The position numbers and the translations under genes were made by a program. From Podarcis vaucheri (taxonomy: Eukaryota), in NCBI GenBank assembly GCA_965113315.1, contig OZ220373.1: a stretch of 64,000 nucleotides of DNA. One strand, 5' to 3'. Under the pieces are notes generated by a model. It searched no databases, was not told the origin of the DNA, and saw nothing but the letters and a program-made list of their open reading frames with translations. Positions 51,606-64,000 of this stretch are shown here, in pieces; within the stretch, counting starts at the first letter, position 1; each line of letters begins with the position of its first letter.

Positions 51606-53679
51606 GTGGGTTGACCTGCCAGGAAATTGAAATGATACCTTCATGTGGAAACTCATGAGAAACTATACTTTTTATGCACGTTACTATAACATTGTTTTAT
51701 ATTTTGTTACCTTGTTTAAAAGCATTTCTAAATCTCTTAATGTAAAACATGAAAAACAGTAAGGCAATACAATAAATACAGAGATTCAAAATATACAACA
51801 GGGTCCAAAATTGTGTGTCAGGGAAAGTCTGGATAAAATGGTAAATTTTTTGTGTGTGTGCTTGTACTAATGTTTGAATTGTAGTAAAATATAGAGCTAA
51901 TTGTGTCTTATGCTTTTTTAAAAAATGCACATTAGTTTTCAAATGGTCTTCCACTAGCCTTGCCCTTAGAAATGTGAAATCATGACCTTCACAATTAAGT
52001 TTATAATTTTCATTTCAGTTGCTTCCTAGCTTAATAATCTTCAAAATGTTCTCAGTATATCTATTGAAATGATTGAAAATGTGCTGCGTGGCAACATAAA
52101 TTATTCAGAATTCCTACCATCACAAAAAGTATTTAGTTTAAATTTCTTCCTCTCCCAAAGTTCTGAGTACATTATGGTGATTAATAAAAAAGCTACATTC
52201 ACAATCTGTAGAGAATTAGACTACTTGTTGAGAAACCAAATTATAGGGTGATAGGTTTGCTCTTTTCAAGAGTTTGAAGTTCTCTTGTTCTCAGTAGAGG
52301 TGAAGCTTGTCAACAAAGAGAAAGAAATATAGGTGATCTTTTCATTTGTTCAGAACTAAATCAAAATATTTAAGGTATTAGTTTAATATAAAACTAGTGT
52401 CTCCAGAAACTACAACTTGCAGACATTTCCTGCCTTAGCTCCATAGATTGAAATGTTACATTCTTCTGATTCCCAGTTATCTGAGAAGGATAAATTTTAT
52501 TCTGAACTGTGTTGCATGTATCCTGGAGGCTGTGGTCACTCTCTAGATTTAATGAAACAGCATCTCCATATGCAAAAACAGTGAGTTGTAGTGTTAGTGT
52601 CAGCGTAAACAAGTCAGTCTAATGTACATATGCACTTGGCTCCTCTTGTACCACCCCCCACTCCTTAATTTCCCTTAGCCATGTAGAGGCTTGAGAGGGG
52701 ACAAAATGCAATAAGCAAATAGATTCTGGATGAAGTAGGAGGAGGACAGTAGCTGGTAGAACCTGTCTAGAGTGACATAGCTGGTGTGCAAGAGTCACAA
52801 CTGGGTCCTGTTATTCAGAGGTCAGTAGGCTCTGTTGCATAAAATGGAACTCCAATAGTCAACATATATACTTATCCTGAAATTCAGTGTCTTTTGCACA
52901 GCCCCCCAATGAAAATACAGTGCAACTACATTACATTATATTTCATTATATTACATTACATCTTACAGAATTTGGCCGTAGGCCTAACAAAACAGAGCAG
53001 AGATTCTACTTTAAAGATAGTTGATGAGGATTTAGTGATATGTGTGTACTAGAACCTGTTTTCCCAGGTCATGTAAACCTGCTTTATAAAGTTTCAGAAC
53101 CCACATAAATTATTTTGATATCAGGTGCCTAGCCTTAGGAAATACATACTCGCTCGTTCCCCTTTTCTTATAAAGTGGGAAAGGTGGAAGCAGCCTTTTG
53201 CATCTGCAGTATTTAGGACTGAGCTCAAAAATATTGTGCCCCTCAGACTAGCAAATTAGTCTTAAGTTAGTCTTAAAATGTCACAAGACACTGTTGATTT
53301 TGCTGCAGCAAACTAACATGCCTACACCTCTGGAAACTGGGAGTGGACTGACTCCCAGCTCTTGAAAACATTGTTTTTATCAGTTTACAAAAAAGCATGT
53401 TCAGAGGTCAAGCTGGCTGACATGGCAAGGTACAGGGGACAGGACAGAAAACCAGGTTGGAGGGTTGACTAGAATGGAGTATTGCAGAGGAAGGCATGGC
53501 AGACAGACTACAACAGTGACTAAGACCTCTTCACTCTGCCACATTTTGTTGCAGCCCCCTTTGTCATGTAGTAATAATAATACTGACTGCCTACAGAAGA
53601 GAGTACATAAATTATAGACCTCATTTTCAGTTCATTCAGTACAAGATCCAAGGGATGATTGGCTTTGCTTTACTTGCAG

Positions 53680-53755
53680 CCCTGGACGTTCTCCTGCCTG
53701 CTGTGACCATGAAATCATTATGATGAACCATGTATACAAAGAAAGATTCCCAAAG
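53680..53755 (+). CDS. MAST4: MAST4 exon ([25 protein letters not shown])
   Basis: TTGCAG acceptor, AAG|GTAAAG donor, 76 nt. Identical to the recalled MAST4 segment. Not in the ORF track (too short). Confidence 0.97.
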
Positions 53756-55111
53756 GTAAAGATGAATATTCACTGCATTCTAAAGCTGACTTGATAAGAA
53801 ATCTGTGTTCTAAAAAAAGGTGTTCTGTTATATTTGGTATATCAGATTAATTTAAGCCAAAAATGCTATCATAAAGCAACAATATTCTTTAAAATATTTG
53901 TCAGCTGATCTGCAGCTGATCTGTCTCAGAAACAATCATGCCAAAGTTGCATTATAGTTCTCGTCGCTTTCCAAAAAGCTTTGGTTTTATGGTAACAGTT
54001 ACACAGGGTACATAACTTTCTAGAAGGTTCTTTGGCAGTGTAAGATGCAATGACAGGACACACAACCCAGATAGTTCCTTGCAAATACATGGAATCCTGG
54101 TGGAAGCAGCATGTATAACTTTGTGGAAGCAACTTTTGCAAGTGTGTGCTTTAGAAATATATGTTTATTTTTAGTGTAGATATTATTAGTATTGAATTAT
54201 CAGAGTAACAGGGTTTTTTTGATTGCTGTACAATTATGAAATGGAATTCCTCTAGCATTCAGGAAGACCCACGTCTTAAATTTAAAAAGGAGGTTTTAAA
54301 AACCCTTCTTTTCTCAAAACATTTGATTTGTGCATTGGAGAGTTAACTGCATTTAACTGGAGTATGGTTGTTACTGCTTTATGCTAGTGGTTTTAATGTT
54401 GTTTGTTTCGCTGACTTGACTATGTGCTTTAAAAGGTACAGTCCATTTTGTGGAGGATTTCCTCTAAAGAGAGTATAAATCTCTTAAATAAATGCGAGGT
54501 CGTTTGAAAGAGGGATAAAATTTTACCTCTTTCTACAGCCCAGTTTGCACACCACATTAAACCATAGTTTAAAAGAAGCTGATTTGATGTGAATGAGCAG
54601 TGTGCTTTTGTATGCTGGTCAAAAGTTTGCAGGATACTCTTTCCCCACTCCTTCTGCACTGTAGCTAAAACAAGCTAAAGTGATTACTTCTGGTGGTTTG
54701 TTTGGAGGAAACAAACCACAAGTCCCTTCTTTGGACTACATGACAAGTCAGACTCTGGCTGGTTTTGCCCTCTGTGTGGTAGCAGCACAAACAGGAGAGG
54801 AGTGCCACAAGAACTTTTGAGTAACGTGCACAAGCACATTGCTTGTTCACATTAAACCATAGTTGGTTTTAAACTATGTTTTCATGTAACGTGAAAGCCA
54901 GGCTAGTATGTATGGCCTATATGATCACCATCTGTGGCCTTTTTAGAAATGGGCAGGCTATATATTTAAATAAATTTATTAAAGATTTCCTTTGGTTACA
55001 AAAGTACATGTATTGTCTCTTTTTGATGCATTTCTTTATTCTCCTATGTGGGGGTTGTTGCCTGGTTGGTTGGTTGTAAGTTGCTTTGAGTTGCCCTGGG
55101 CAAGATAAAGC

Positions 55112-55145
<34 letters not shown>

Positions 55146-55255
55146 GTAAGTTTACAGGTTCAGTAAACTTCTATTTTGTCTTGCAAGGATTTTAATTTAA
55201 ATCTGAAGTATGTTTAATAGCTTCTTGATTAAACCCATAAAACTTATTTTGATAG

Positions 55256-55465
55256 GCTACTGCTCAGATGGAAGAGCGGCTTCAGGAGATTATCACCAAC
55301 TACTCTCCTGATAACGTCCTTCCCTTGGCAGATGGAGTTCTCAGTTTCACCCACCACCAGATCATTGAGCTGGCTCGTGATTGCTTGGATAAATCTCATC
55401 AGGGCCTCATCACCTCGCGATACTTCTTTGAGTTACAGCACAAATTGGATAAGCTCCTACAAGAG
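55256..55465 (+). CDS. MAST4: MAST4 exon ([13 protein letters not shown]...DKLLQE), DUF1908
   Basis: TTTTGATAG acceptor, GAG|GTATGA donor, 210 nt (70 codons). Overlaps track ORF 55268-55471. Confidence 0.97.
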
Positions 55466-56213
55466 GTATGAACCACATAAATATGGTTTAGAAATTGCTG
55501 AGATACGTTAGTTGAAGAAAATGCAGCTCTGGAGATAGTTATGGCAACTGACCTATAAAAATAAATACATAAGACACGTACAGCTCTTTAAGTGGGTCTG
55601 GTCAGTTCAGTGACCTTTGCGGTTGTCTAAGGGACCTTAAAGCATATGACTCTATATAATTGGTTTATGAAGTATCTGAAAGCTAGCTTATTTTATCCTA
55701 GAATGTAACTTAGGCAGTCCCTCTCTGCCTCAGATGAAATAGTCTTATACTCTCCTCTGTCGTAGACAAAAGGAATATTATATCCAAGTTTAATTTTGTC
55801 CAGTCTAATAATTTTGGCTAATTTTATCCAATCTAGTAATAATTGTGTGGTTAAGGAAAAGCTATACAAAAGAATGTGAATGTGAAATTCATTAGACTTG
55901 CAGAAGGCATTGAAAATCTGCACTACATGTACCAAGCCCTTCCACCAGCCAGATTTCCTCTTAGTATATTTCGCTCCACCATGTTGGCAAGGTGGCTCCA
56001 AGTGTATAATTGCATCATTCATTTGCCTCCACCCATCAAGATTTTTGCTCATTCAGCAAGAGCAGCAGCTGCTCCAGCAGCATTTTCCTTACATGTGCTT
56101 CTGCAGAAAGTCAATCAGTTGGCTACATGGGTTAGTCCCAGTATCTTTCTAAGCCTTATAAGGTGGATTTTTATGCTTTGGCCAAGGCAGCATGCATGAT
56201 ACATGTTTTATAG

Positions 56214-56523
56214 AAGGGGTCAGCGAAGTTTTTGTGGCTGGGGCTGGTTCACAGTCCCGCAGATGCCGCAGTGGGCTGGAGTGTGTGTGCTGCATGCACG
56301 CACGCGCAAACACTATTTCTGGCACTCCTTCTGGTGCGGAGGAGGCGTGCGCAGCTTCCCATTGGCTGCAGCCAATGGGAAGCTGGCTAGCGTCACAGAA
56401 GGCAGTCCCCGCTCTGCTCCGCGCTCGTTTAGTGTGGTGCACGGGAGCCAACCGAGCGGGCAGCTGGTTAAACAACCCCCATGGGCTACTTGTGGCCCAT
56501 GGGCCTTAGGTTGCTGACCCCTG
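56214..56523. mobile_element. hAT MITE (TIR shared with the 32049 element)
   Basis: TIRs (C>A)AGGGGTCAGC / GCTGACCCCTG. TSD TTTTATAG / TCTTATAG. CpG-rich interior with a 34-bp palindrome. Confidence 0.85.
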
Positions 56524-58606
56524 TCTTATAGCATGTTCTCCTAGTTCAGAAGGCAGACCTCCATTTTAGATGAATCAGCTTAGGTATATCGCACCTGATG
56601 TCGTTTACATGCTTGAGGGAAGAGACCATTGGTCCTTATCTGTGAATTTGTTTACTGTATTAACAAATCATTGAACATTTTGATGAAGATGAGTACAGGC
56701 AAAATTATTACATGTAGTTTAAGTGTATCACAGACCTGGGTATGCCTTCTGTCCAAGTACAACGTGAAATAATATTTCTGAATTGTCCATGGTCAAGTGC
56801 TATTAAAATGTTAGCAAAAATAATAAGGTTTTTGAATAATGCTGGAGTTTTTAAGAACATTTTGGAATTTTTAAAAAAAGGCTTGGGTTTGCACGATGTT
56901 TGGTAACATTAAATTATTGATAAGAAAATTGATTCCTAAGTACACTTTTAAACAGTATCTTTGAGCTCAAACTGTGCTTTTATGGTTTTTATATAGGTGT
57001 CCTTTATTCCCAAGTATGAAAACTCCAATTTTTGCTACCTTTATAGTGTTCATTTCAACATAAATCCTTGCAGGAATGCCTGCTGTTTGCTGGAACTAAA
57101 TTGTGGGAACACACTTTGGATTTCTGATGATGCAATTGTTGTCAGTTCCCAGCTGTGACATTCAGTGGATGGCTGTGTCTCCTGCTGCTTGGCACATTGT
57201 TATTGCTTTGCATGGCTAAGGGAAGTCACAAGGCATCTGAGCAGCTTGATTTAGCTGACATATTTGTATTAAGGTCAAGGTCAATTTGAGTTTAATGTTT
57301 TCTTGGAGCAACCTCCTTTTACTTTCCTGGGATCTTTTTGTTCACAAGCTCACCTAGTATTGCAGGTTTAAGCATCTGATACAAATAGTAATGCATTCAA
57401 CATACTAATGTTTGCTAGACTGGAATAGTGAAAATCATTTCTCCCGTTTCGTTTCTTCTCTCAAATTTCCCATACAATAAAAGGCAATAAGCTATACATA
57501 CCGCCTTTAAACTACTAGGTATTTAAAAAAACTATCATGAACTTAATTTTTCATATTGTTTTAATTAAGAGTTAACATGTATGGGATTTTAACTCACAAG
57601 TAAAAAAATATTTTGAAAAGTAAGTCTCTAGTAATGCAATCAACCATCTAACTTGGATTGATTCAGATTCACACTCGTGGATATCTACCAGTACACTGGA
57701 GAATAAGTTGTGAATGTAATTTGAACTTTATCCTGCAGCTTCTATTATTCAGACAAAGAAGTGGCTTTTTTGCGATATGAACAAAGGAGCGTCAATAACC
57801 TTCAGACAGGAGAAGCAACATATGGCTTCTTTGCATTCATTAGGTCTCTGAAGTCTATTCTTTGTTACTAGACAAAAAAAAGTTTGAAAGAAATTTGGAA
57901 TGCAGTACAAAACCTCTTGCAATTTCTTTCCCAAGCTTTTTCTTTCTTCAAAAAAGTGCTCTTTTTGTTCCCATTCTTTCACATTATACTTTCAATTTCT
58001 TTTCTGATCATCTACTGAATTTGCCATCCCAGTAATTCTGCTTAGATTACTCACCTGCTATTTTCCCCCATGTACATTTTATTTGCTGCTGCTTCCACAG
58101 ATAGAGGTAAAATGTTTACTCCTAAGGCAGATGATTGCACAGCTCATAGCTAAGGAAATTTGCTCTCATCCAGCAGTGGCAGTCCATGTGCAGAAGCAAG
58201 ATTCCATCCATAGATTGCTTTGCTAAACATAATCTGTGAGCACATAAACATACAGTGTTGGGGTTTGTTTTTTTAATAAAAAAAATCTTTAATCCAGCAC
58301 CTATGCTATTCCAGCAGTGATTCTTAATGAACTGAGTTCATATTTCTACCACATGTATACAGTTGGACAGATGTTCACCCTAAGATGCACATAGCAAAGG
58401 CAAGATTCAGGTCATGCATTTAACAACAGAGGCATTGGTATTACTTGTGTCAACATGGTGGCTATGTTGAGATGGTAACCCATGTGACTGTAGAAATGAT
58501 TGTGTTGGAAGAATATACAGTTCATTTCACTGTATTACGTTTGGTTTGTCATATTAATTCTTTCTCTATGTCCGTATATAACATCAAGTCTCTTTTTCTT
58601 TATCAG

Positions 58607-58708
58607 GCCCAAGAACGATCAGAAAGCGGAGAACTGGCATTTATTAAGCAGCTCGTTCGAAAGATTCTTATTGTCATAGCACGTCCTGCTCGCTTACTGG
58701 AATGTTTG
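58607..58708 (+). CDS. MAST4: MAST4 exon ([34 protein letters not shown])
   Basis: TTTATCAG acceptor, TTG|GTAAGA donor, 102 nt. Contains the conserved RPARLLECL motif. Confidence 0.97.
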
Positions 58709-60812
58709 GTAAGATTATGCTTATTTTAATCAGTTGGGTTGCTGTTGAAGGTCAGTGGAAGGGCTCCAATGAATGAGCGCTTTTCATTCAATATTGTTGC
58801 TTTTAGTACATTTTTAGTATGCCCCACCCCCCCAACAACGAATTGCAGTCATAGATTGGGATACTGTGTAAGCATTCAATAGTGGTGAAATTGTTTTTTA
58901 TTTGCCTTTCTTGATCTCTGGGAGCAAGTGAGTGAAAGCTAGGAAAATAGAATGCAAATGTTTGAACCATGTGGTCTGTGGATTGAATGCATATGTTCTG
59001 CTTTATCCACTCTATTGGTTTATTGAAAGATAGTGTTTTGGCTGGTAGGTGTGTAGTGTTTTTACACCCTTTGTTTATCTTTTGTCATTTTCAAAGTTAA
59101 GGTTTTATTTCTTCACAAGCATAGGTTTCTGTGTATTATTACCTGTATGCCAGAAGTCCATGCTCTTACATTTTAGAGTAATGATTATATATATACCTGT
59201 TTGGGAGACACTCTGCAGGTCTCCGTGAAATCAGTTGCTTACCGTGGAAAAAGATTGCAGCCAGCCTCATATTTTACTAAGCTCCAAGTGGCTTATCACT
59301 TCATGTATTTATAGGTGTTTGGGATGAGGGTCATGGTGAGGAAAGCTTATTAGTAGCAATAGGTGAATTCTCTAGTGGTCTGGTTTGGAATGGGTCCATT
59401 TAAATCAGATTATTTTAATGGATGTTTGCTAAATGTCCCAAACAAATACTATATAAAATCAGATTTGTTCCAAGTTTATTAGGCACGAGTATTTTCCTCA
59501 CAATGTAATTGGGGATGAAATGGGGTCTAGAGATTTCCCTGCCGCACCCATTTATGTGGGGTGGGGGCAGTAGAAAAAAAGGTGTTGCATAACCATTATG
59601 GCCTCTAGTAGTAGTAATAGTAGTGGTAGCACTAGTAGTTGTTATTTTACAATTGTTATCAAAGTAATTCAAACAAAGCAGTGCAATAAAAATAATGGAA
59701 GTACAAATACAAATAAACAAAATGAAAAAGCAATTCAGTATAGCTGGAAGAGACTTAAATCATATGAGGAAAGGTTACAACGTTTTAGAAAAAGGCAAGT
59801 AAGTGGGAGCATGATGGGGGTGTATAAGGAGCAAAGAAATTTTGCATCAGCTGTTAGGTGGCTCTTACCCAGTGCACATCAGCGTCGACTGCTGTCACAG
59901 ATATCCCTTTAAGGAGTCTTGTATGCACTTCCATTTTTGGACTGTCTTCTGTTTTGAAAGAGAGAAGGAGAGGTGGTTTTGATGAAACAGACTGATAAAA
60001 ATGGGGAACAATAAATCACCTTCAATACATCAGTGCCATCACAAAATGATTAGGTGGGGGTTTGTGGAGGAGAGAGAGAGTGTGTGTCTACAGCTGGCTT
60101 TGGCACTGAAAGGATTTTGCCTTCCCCATATCAGTAATCAGTCATAGGTGCTAATAGAACTTTAACTTGTCACCATGTTTGTTGTGAGCATTGAGGAGAG
60201 GCAGGACTGAGGAGGATCACCATAAGAAGTCTTGCGGGAGTCACACGATGGCCCCAGGTTGGAGAGCTGCTTTTGGCCACAACATACCCAGGTTGCTCAC
60301 AGAACCCTCAGAAGGGGCCATAGTAGGCTTAGGAGTCAGAAAACTCCCTGAAGATTTACACTCGGGATGGTGACAGGGGCAGCAACGTCAGCCAACAAAC
60401 AGGTTGCTCCGTGTTTGGATCGTTGCAAAACTCTGGCAAGCTGTAATCAATAAAGCTGCCTTCAGTCAGTCTACATTTAGCCATTGCCCCAAACAATAGA
60501 ACTAGCTGTGCACGGTACACAAATATATATGAACGGAAACATTTGAATTGCAAAAGGGAAATAATGTGAAATCTGCTAGAATAAAACTGAAATAAGAGGA
60601 ATTTGTACACTCTCTAAAGTTTAGATTTTGTTGTTCTTTCCCTTTGATTGCAATGATAAGCCATTCCACAATGGTTGTGGCAGTGGTGGTGTTTGTAGCG
60701 TGTGGGGATGCTATGCATCAAGATTGTTACCATAAGAAAGGCATCTTAATGACTTGCAAACAAATTAAGTAAACACAGAAGATCTCTGCAGTGATTTTTC
60801 TTTTCTTTTTAG

Positions 60813-60945
60813 GAATTTGATCCTGAGGAATTTTACTATCTTCTTGAAGCTGCTGAAGGACATGCAAAAGAGGGACAGGGCATTAAAACTGACATTCCTA
60901 GATATATTATCAGTCAACTGGGATTGAATAAGGATCCTTTGGAAG
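60813..60945 (+). CDS. MAST4: MAST4 exon ([45 protein letters not shown])
   Basis: TTTTCTTTTTAG acceptor, G|GTATAA donor, 133 nt. Identical to the recalled MAST4 end of DUF1908. Confidence 0.97.
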
Positions 60946-61954
60946 GTATAAGAATGCCATGGACTAATAATAAACAGCTCTTAAATCAAGTTTATTATGT
61001 TAGCTGGTTCTACTTTCTTTATCTAGTTTACTTCAACCTTTATAATGATGTACAAACAGCATGGAATAAAATATATAATATTTTATCTATCAAGTGTTAG
61101 AAAATAGCAAGTTGTTAGCAAGAAAAAGGAAGATAAAGGATAAAGCCAGTTCATTTTTCATCTCAGGAGGTGCATTGCTGATAAAGGAAGATACGACTGA
61201 GCTTCTCAATGCCTTCCCTCATTAAATGTTTTCATGGTGGAAATTTGTGGTGCGACGTTAATGGTTTTGAGAAAAGCAGGGACAGCTGCAGGTGAGGTCA
61301 AGTCATAGGGCAGGATAAACGAAGGATGATGTGAATATAAGTTATATTAGAGCATATCAAAACATTCTTGGATAGTCTGGATAATTTTAATATGATTCAC
61401 TCAGAGAACCAGAAAGAAGTCATTGGGCAAATCTCAGTAGTAAAGGGGGTAGCAGCATAGATAAAAGTAACGCTTTTGAGATGGGTTTTTGTATGTTAAT
61501 CTGATTTAAAAGAAAAATTCAGGGCAGTCCAGAGGTATAAAGTAAGTGTGCATAGAATTTCAGCCTTATATTTAAGTAAGTGATCACACTCTCTATCCTT
61601 GTATTTATATAGAACGAGCCACACAGAAATCTGTCTCTAAGCAGATACAATTCTTCAGAACAAAAGACATATAGACTACATGGCCAAAGCTTTTGGATTA
61701 TGGTCCTAGGTTGCTATTGACTACTTAGTTTTATACCAAAACGTTAAATATGGCATGCATTCCTCTCTAGGAAATGTATTAACCTCCCATGGGAAACAGT
61801 TAGGTTAGTCTTCTTGCCTATTTAAATCAGTATAGCAAATTGCCCTGGTTTAAAACAATCCTTTGGTTGGCACGTGGAGATAGAACATGGAAATACACCA
61901 CTTATTGACCTTCTTTAGTATTCTTTAGTATTTTTGAAGGATGAGGACAGCTTG

Positions 61955-62325
61955 TAAAGGTAAAGGTAAAGGTACCCCTGCCCGTACGGGCCAGTCGGGT
62001 CCGACTCTAGGGTTGTGCGCTCATCTCACTTAAGAGGCCGGGAGCCTGCGCTGTCCGGAGACACTTCCGGGTCATGTGGCCAGCGTGACGAAGCTGCTCT
62101 GGTGAGCCAGCACCAGAGCAGCACACGGAAACGCCGTTTACCTTCCCGCTATAAAGCGGTACCTATTTATCTACTTGCACTTGGGGGTGCTTTCGAACTG
62201 CTAGGTGGGCAGGAGCTGGGACTGAAAGACGGGAGCTCACCCCACCGCGGGGATTCGAACCGCCGACCATACGAGTGGCAAGTCCTAGGCACTGAGGTTT
62301 TACCCACAGCGCCACCCACGTCCCT
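61955..62325 (-). mobile_element. Full-length Sauria SINE
   Basis: Antisense (ACCTTT)n tail, B-box GGTTCGAATCC and A-box TGGCGCTGTGG on the minus strand. 13-bp TSD TGAGGACAGCTTG at 61942-61954 and 62326-62338. Confidence 0.93.
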
Positions 62326-62525
62326 TGAGGACAGCTTGGCTTCCCCGCAAAAACATGCAGTTACCTGTTTGCGTACAGATTCTTAAATAATTTAGCCACA
62401 TAGTTAATTTATTGCAAGGTTTCATTTCTCCAGGCTAATCAAACAGTGATTTAAGCCCACTTGCCTTTTTAATGTTAAAACCATATAAACAAAATTGGAC
62501 TTTGAATAGGATTGTACTGTAATTA

Positions 62526-62980
62526 CCGTATTTTTCGCCCCATAGGGCGCTCCGGCCCATAGGGCGCACCGGCCCATAGGGCGAACCTAGTTTTGGGGGG
62601 CGGAAATAAAGAAAAAAAAATAAAGAAAAAAAGCTTCCCCAGCCCCCAGAACAGGCTGCTATCTGCAAGCCTAGAGAGCCTGGTGGGAAGTCGCGGCCGG
62701 TTCTCCCCAGGCTTGCGGGTATCTGCCCGAAGCCCGGGGCGCGTGCCCCAGGCTTTGGGATGCAGGCAGCTCTCCGCAAGCTATGGGAGCCCGGCGCGCT
62801 CCCCAGGTTTCGGGCTGCAGGCTGCTGTCTGCAAGCCTTGGGAGCCCGGCGGGAACTCCTGCGGGCTCCCAAGGCTTGTGGATAGCTTCCTGAAGCCTGC
62901 ATTCTCCCCATAGGATGCACACACATTTCCCCTTCATTTCTGGAGGGGAAAAAGTGCGTCCTATAGGGTGAAAAATACGG
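62526..62980. mobile_element. TcMar (Tc2/pogo-like) MITE
   Basis: TA TSD. TIRs CCGTATTTTTCGCCCCATAGGGCGC / GCGTCCTATAGGGTGAAAAATACGG. GC-rich interior with repeats and a hairpin. Confidence 0.85.
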
Positions 62981-63159
62981 TATGCATGTTACAACAACGT
63001 TAGCATGCAGTGGTGCTTTCTGTTGCATAGTTCTGAAACTTATCTAAAGAAACATGCGATCCCATCTGCAGATTTTGAAGCTTGTTAATAATTTCAGTGG
63101 TATGTAAATTCAGACACATTGAAATAAAAGTTCAATAAGTATAGTTCCCCTATGAAACT

Positions 63160-63460
63160 ATAGGGGAGACTCCCGTTGCTCTGTCCCAGCTTCTGACAAC
63201 CTAGCAGTTAGAAAGCATGCCAGTGCAAATAGATAAATAGGTACCGCTGTGGCGGGAAGATAAACAGCGTTTCTGTGCGCTCTGGTTTCCATCACGGTGC
63301 TCTGTTGCACCAGAAGTGGTTTAGTCATGCTGGCCATATGATCCAGAAAGCTGTCTGTGGACAAACGCTGGCTCCTGAAAGCAAGATGAGCGCCACACCC
63401 CATAGTCGCCTTTGACTGGACTTAACCATCCAGGGGTCCTTTACCTTTACCTTTTACCTT
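63160..63460 (+). mobile_element. 5'-truncated Sauria SINE
   Basis: CTCCCGTTGCTCTGTCCCAGC...GTCATGCTGGCCATATGA...GGGGTCCTTTACCTTTACCTTTTACCTT tail. Confidence 0.88.
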
Positions 63461-64000
63461 CATTGTTAGTATCAGGTCAGCTCTAGTTGACTAAGTTTAT
63501 AAAAACAAGTTTATAACAAGGATATATTTTCAGTTGTAAGCGAGTGAGCCTCTTAAGACGACAATGAAATTTGTTTTCCAGTAATTGTGCTTAGGATTTC
63601 AGCCTTTATGTTTTTCCTCCTTTTTATTATAGTTTCTAAAGTATCTTTTCTTCAAGTGAAATGATGCATGCAGTACTTCAAGATAATGCCAGATAACCTA
63701 TACTGTACTGAAAGCAATAGCACAACAGATTCATCATTTATTGGAGCCTGGTTGTTGTATTTCAGAAATGTTCCCTGGGGAGAAATGTTTCCCCATGGCT
63801 TTTAAATTACCATCTTTACCTTTTTGAATCATGAGTCTTTAGAAATGGTTTAAATCAATGGAATAAAAAAGCAGATGTTTAATGGTATTTAGATGAGTTT
63901 TAAAAAATGTCTTCAGGCATTGCAAAATGGTTCCTTAACTTCCTGCTTCAAAAGCTGACTCGTGGTTTCATTCCATTACTACCTACTGTTTACAAATAAT

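Noticed and set aside
56149-56517. Three overlapping >100-aa ORFs
   Set aside because: All coincide with the GC-rich hAT MITE.
62435-63028. Longest ORF in the track (197 aa, minus strand)
   Set aside because: Lies across a GC-rich, TIR-bounded MITE. No recognisable domain; the open frame is explained by low stop-codon frequency.

Overview
Vertebrate, AT-rich, intron-dominated genomic DNA from a squamate reptile, most likely a lacertid lizard (inferred from Sauria SINEs, a Squam3-like SINE with a (CTT)n tail, BovB, and L2/CR1 content). The whole window lies inside the MAST4 (microtubule-associated serine/threonine kinase 4) locus on the + strand. It holds two alternative first coding exons (MKAQRERLQIPGLTL-D at 1019-1065; MDMSDPHFWTVFSSFTMPHLRSGNRLRRTQ-S at 15787-15878), both phase-compatible with a shared exon at 38502. 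Eight phase-consistent internal exons (38502-60945) encode the N-terminal/DUF1908 region; the kinase domain lies beyond the window. Most ORFs in the supplied track are spurious. The most interesting extras are: (i) a 21-nt frame-preserving microexon (46461-46481, SHGHRNER) with neural-microexon-like 3' splice site features; (ii) an antisense CIAO2B/FAM96B retro-pseudogene (~31790-32425), split by a hAT MITE, whose coding homology stops at the exon-2 boundary next to a U12-type branch-point motif, suggesting retrotransposition of a transcript still carrying its minor intron; (iii) MITEs carrying ETS/NRF1, NF-Y and ZNF143 motifs; and (iv) two homeobox-motif-dense candidate enhancers. All homology calls come from recalled sequences, not database searches.
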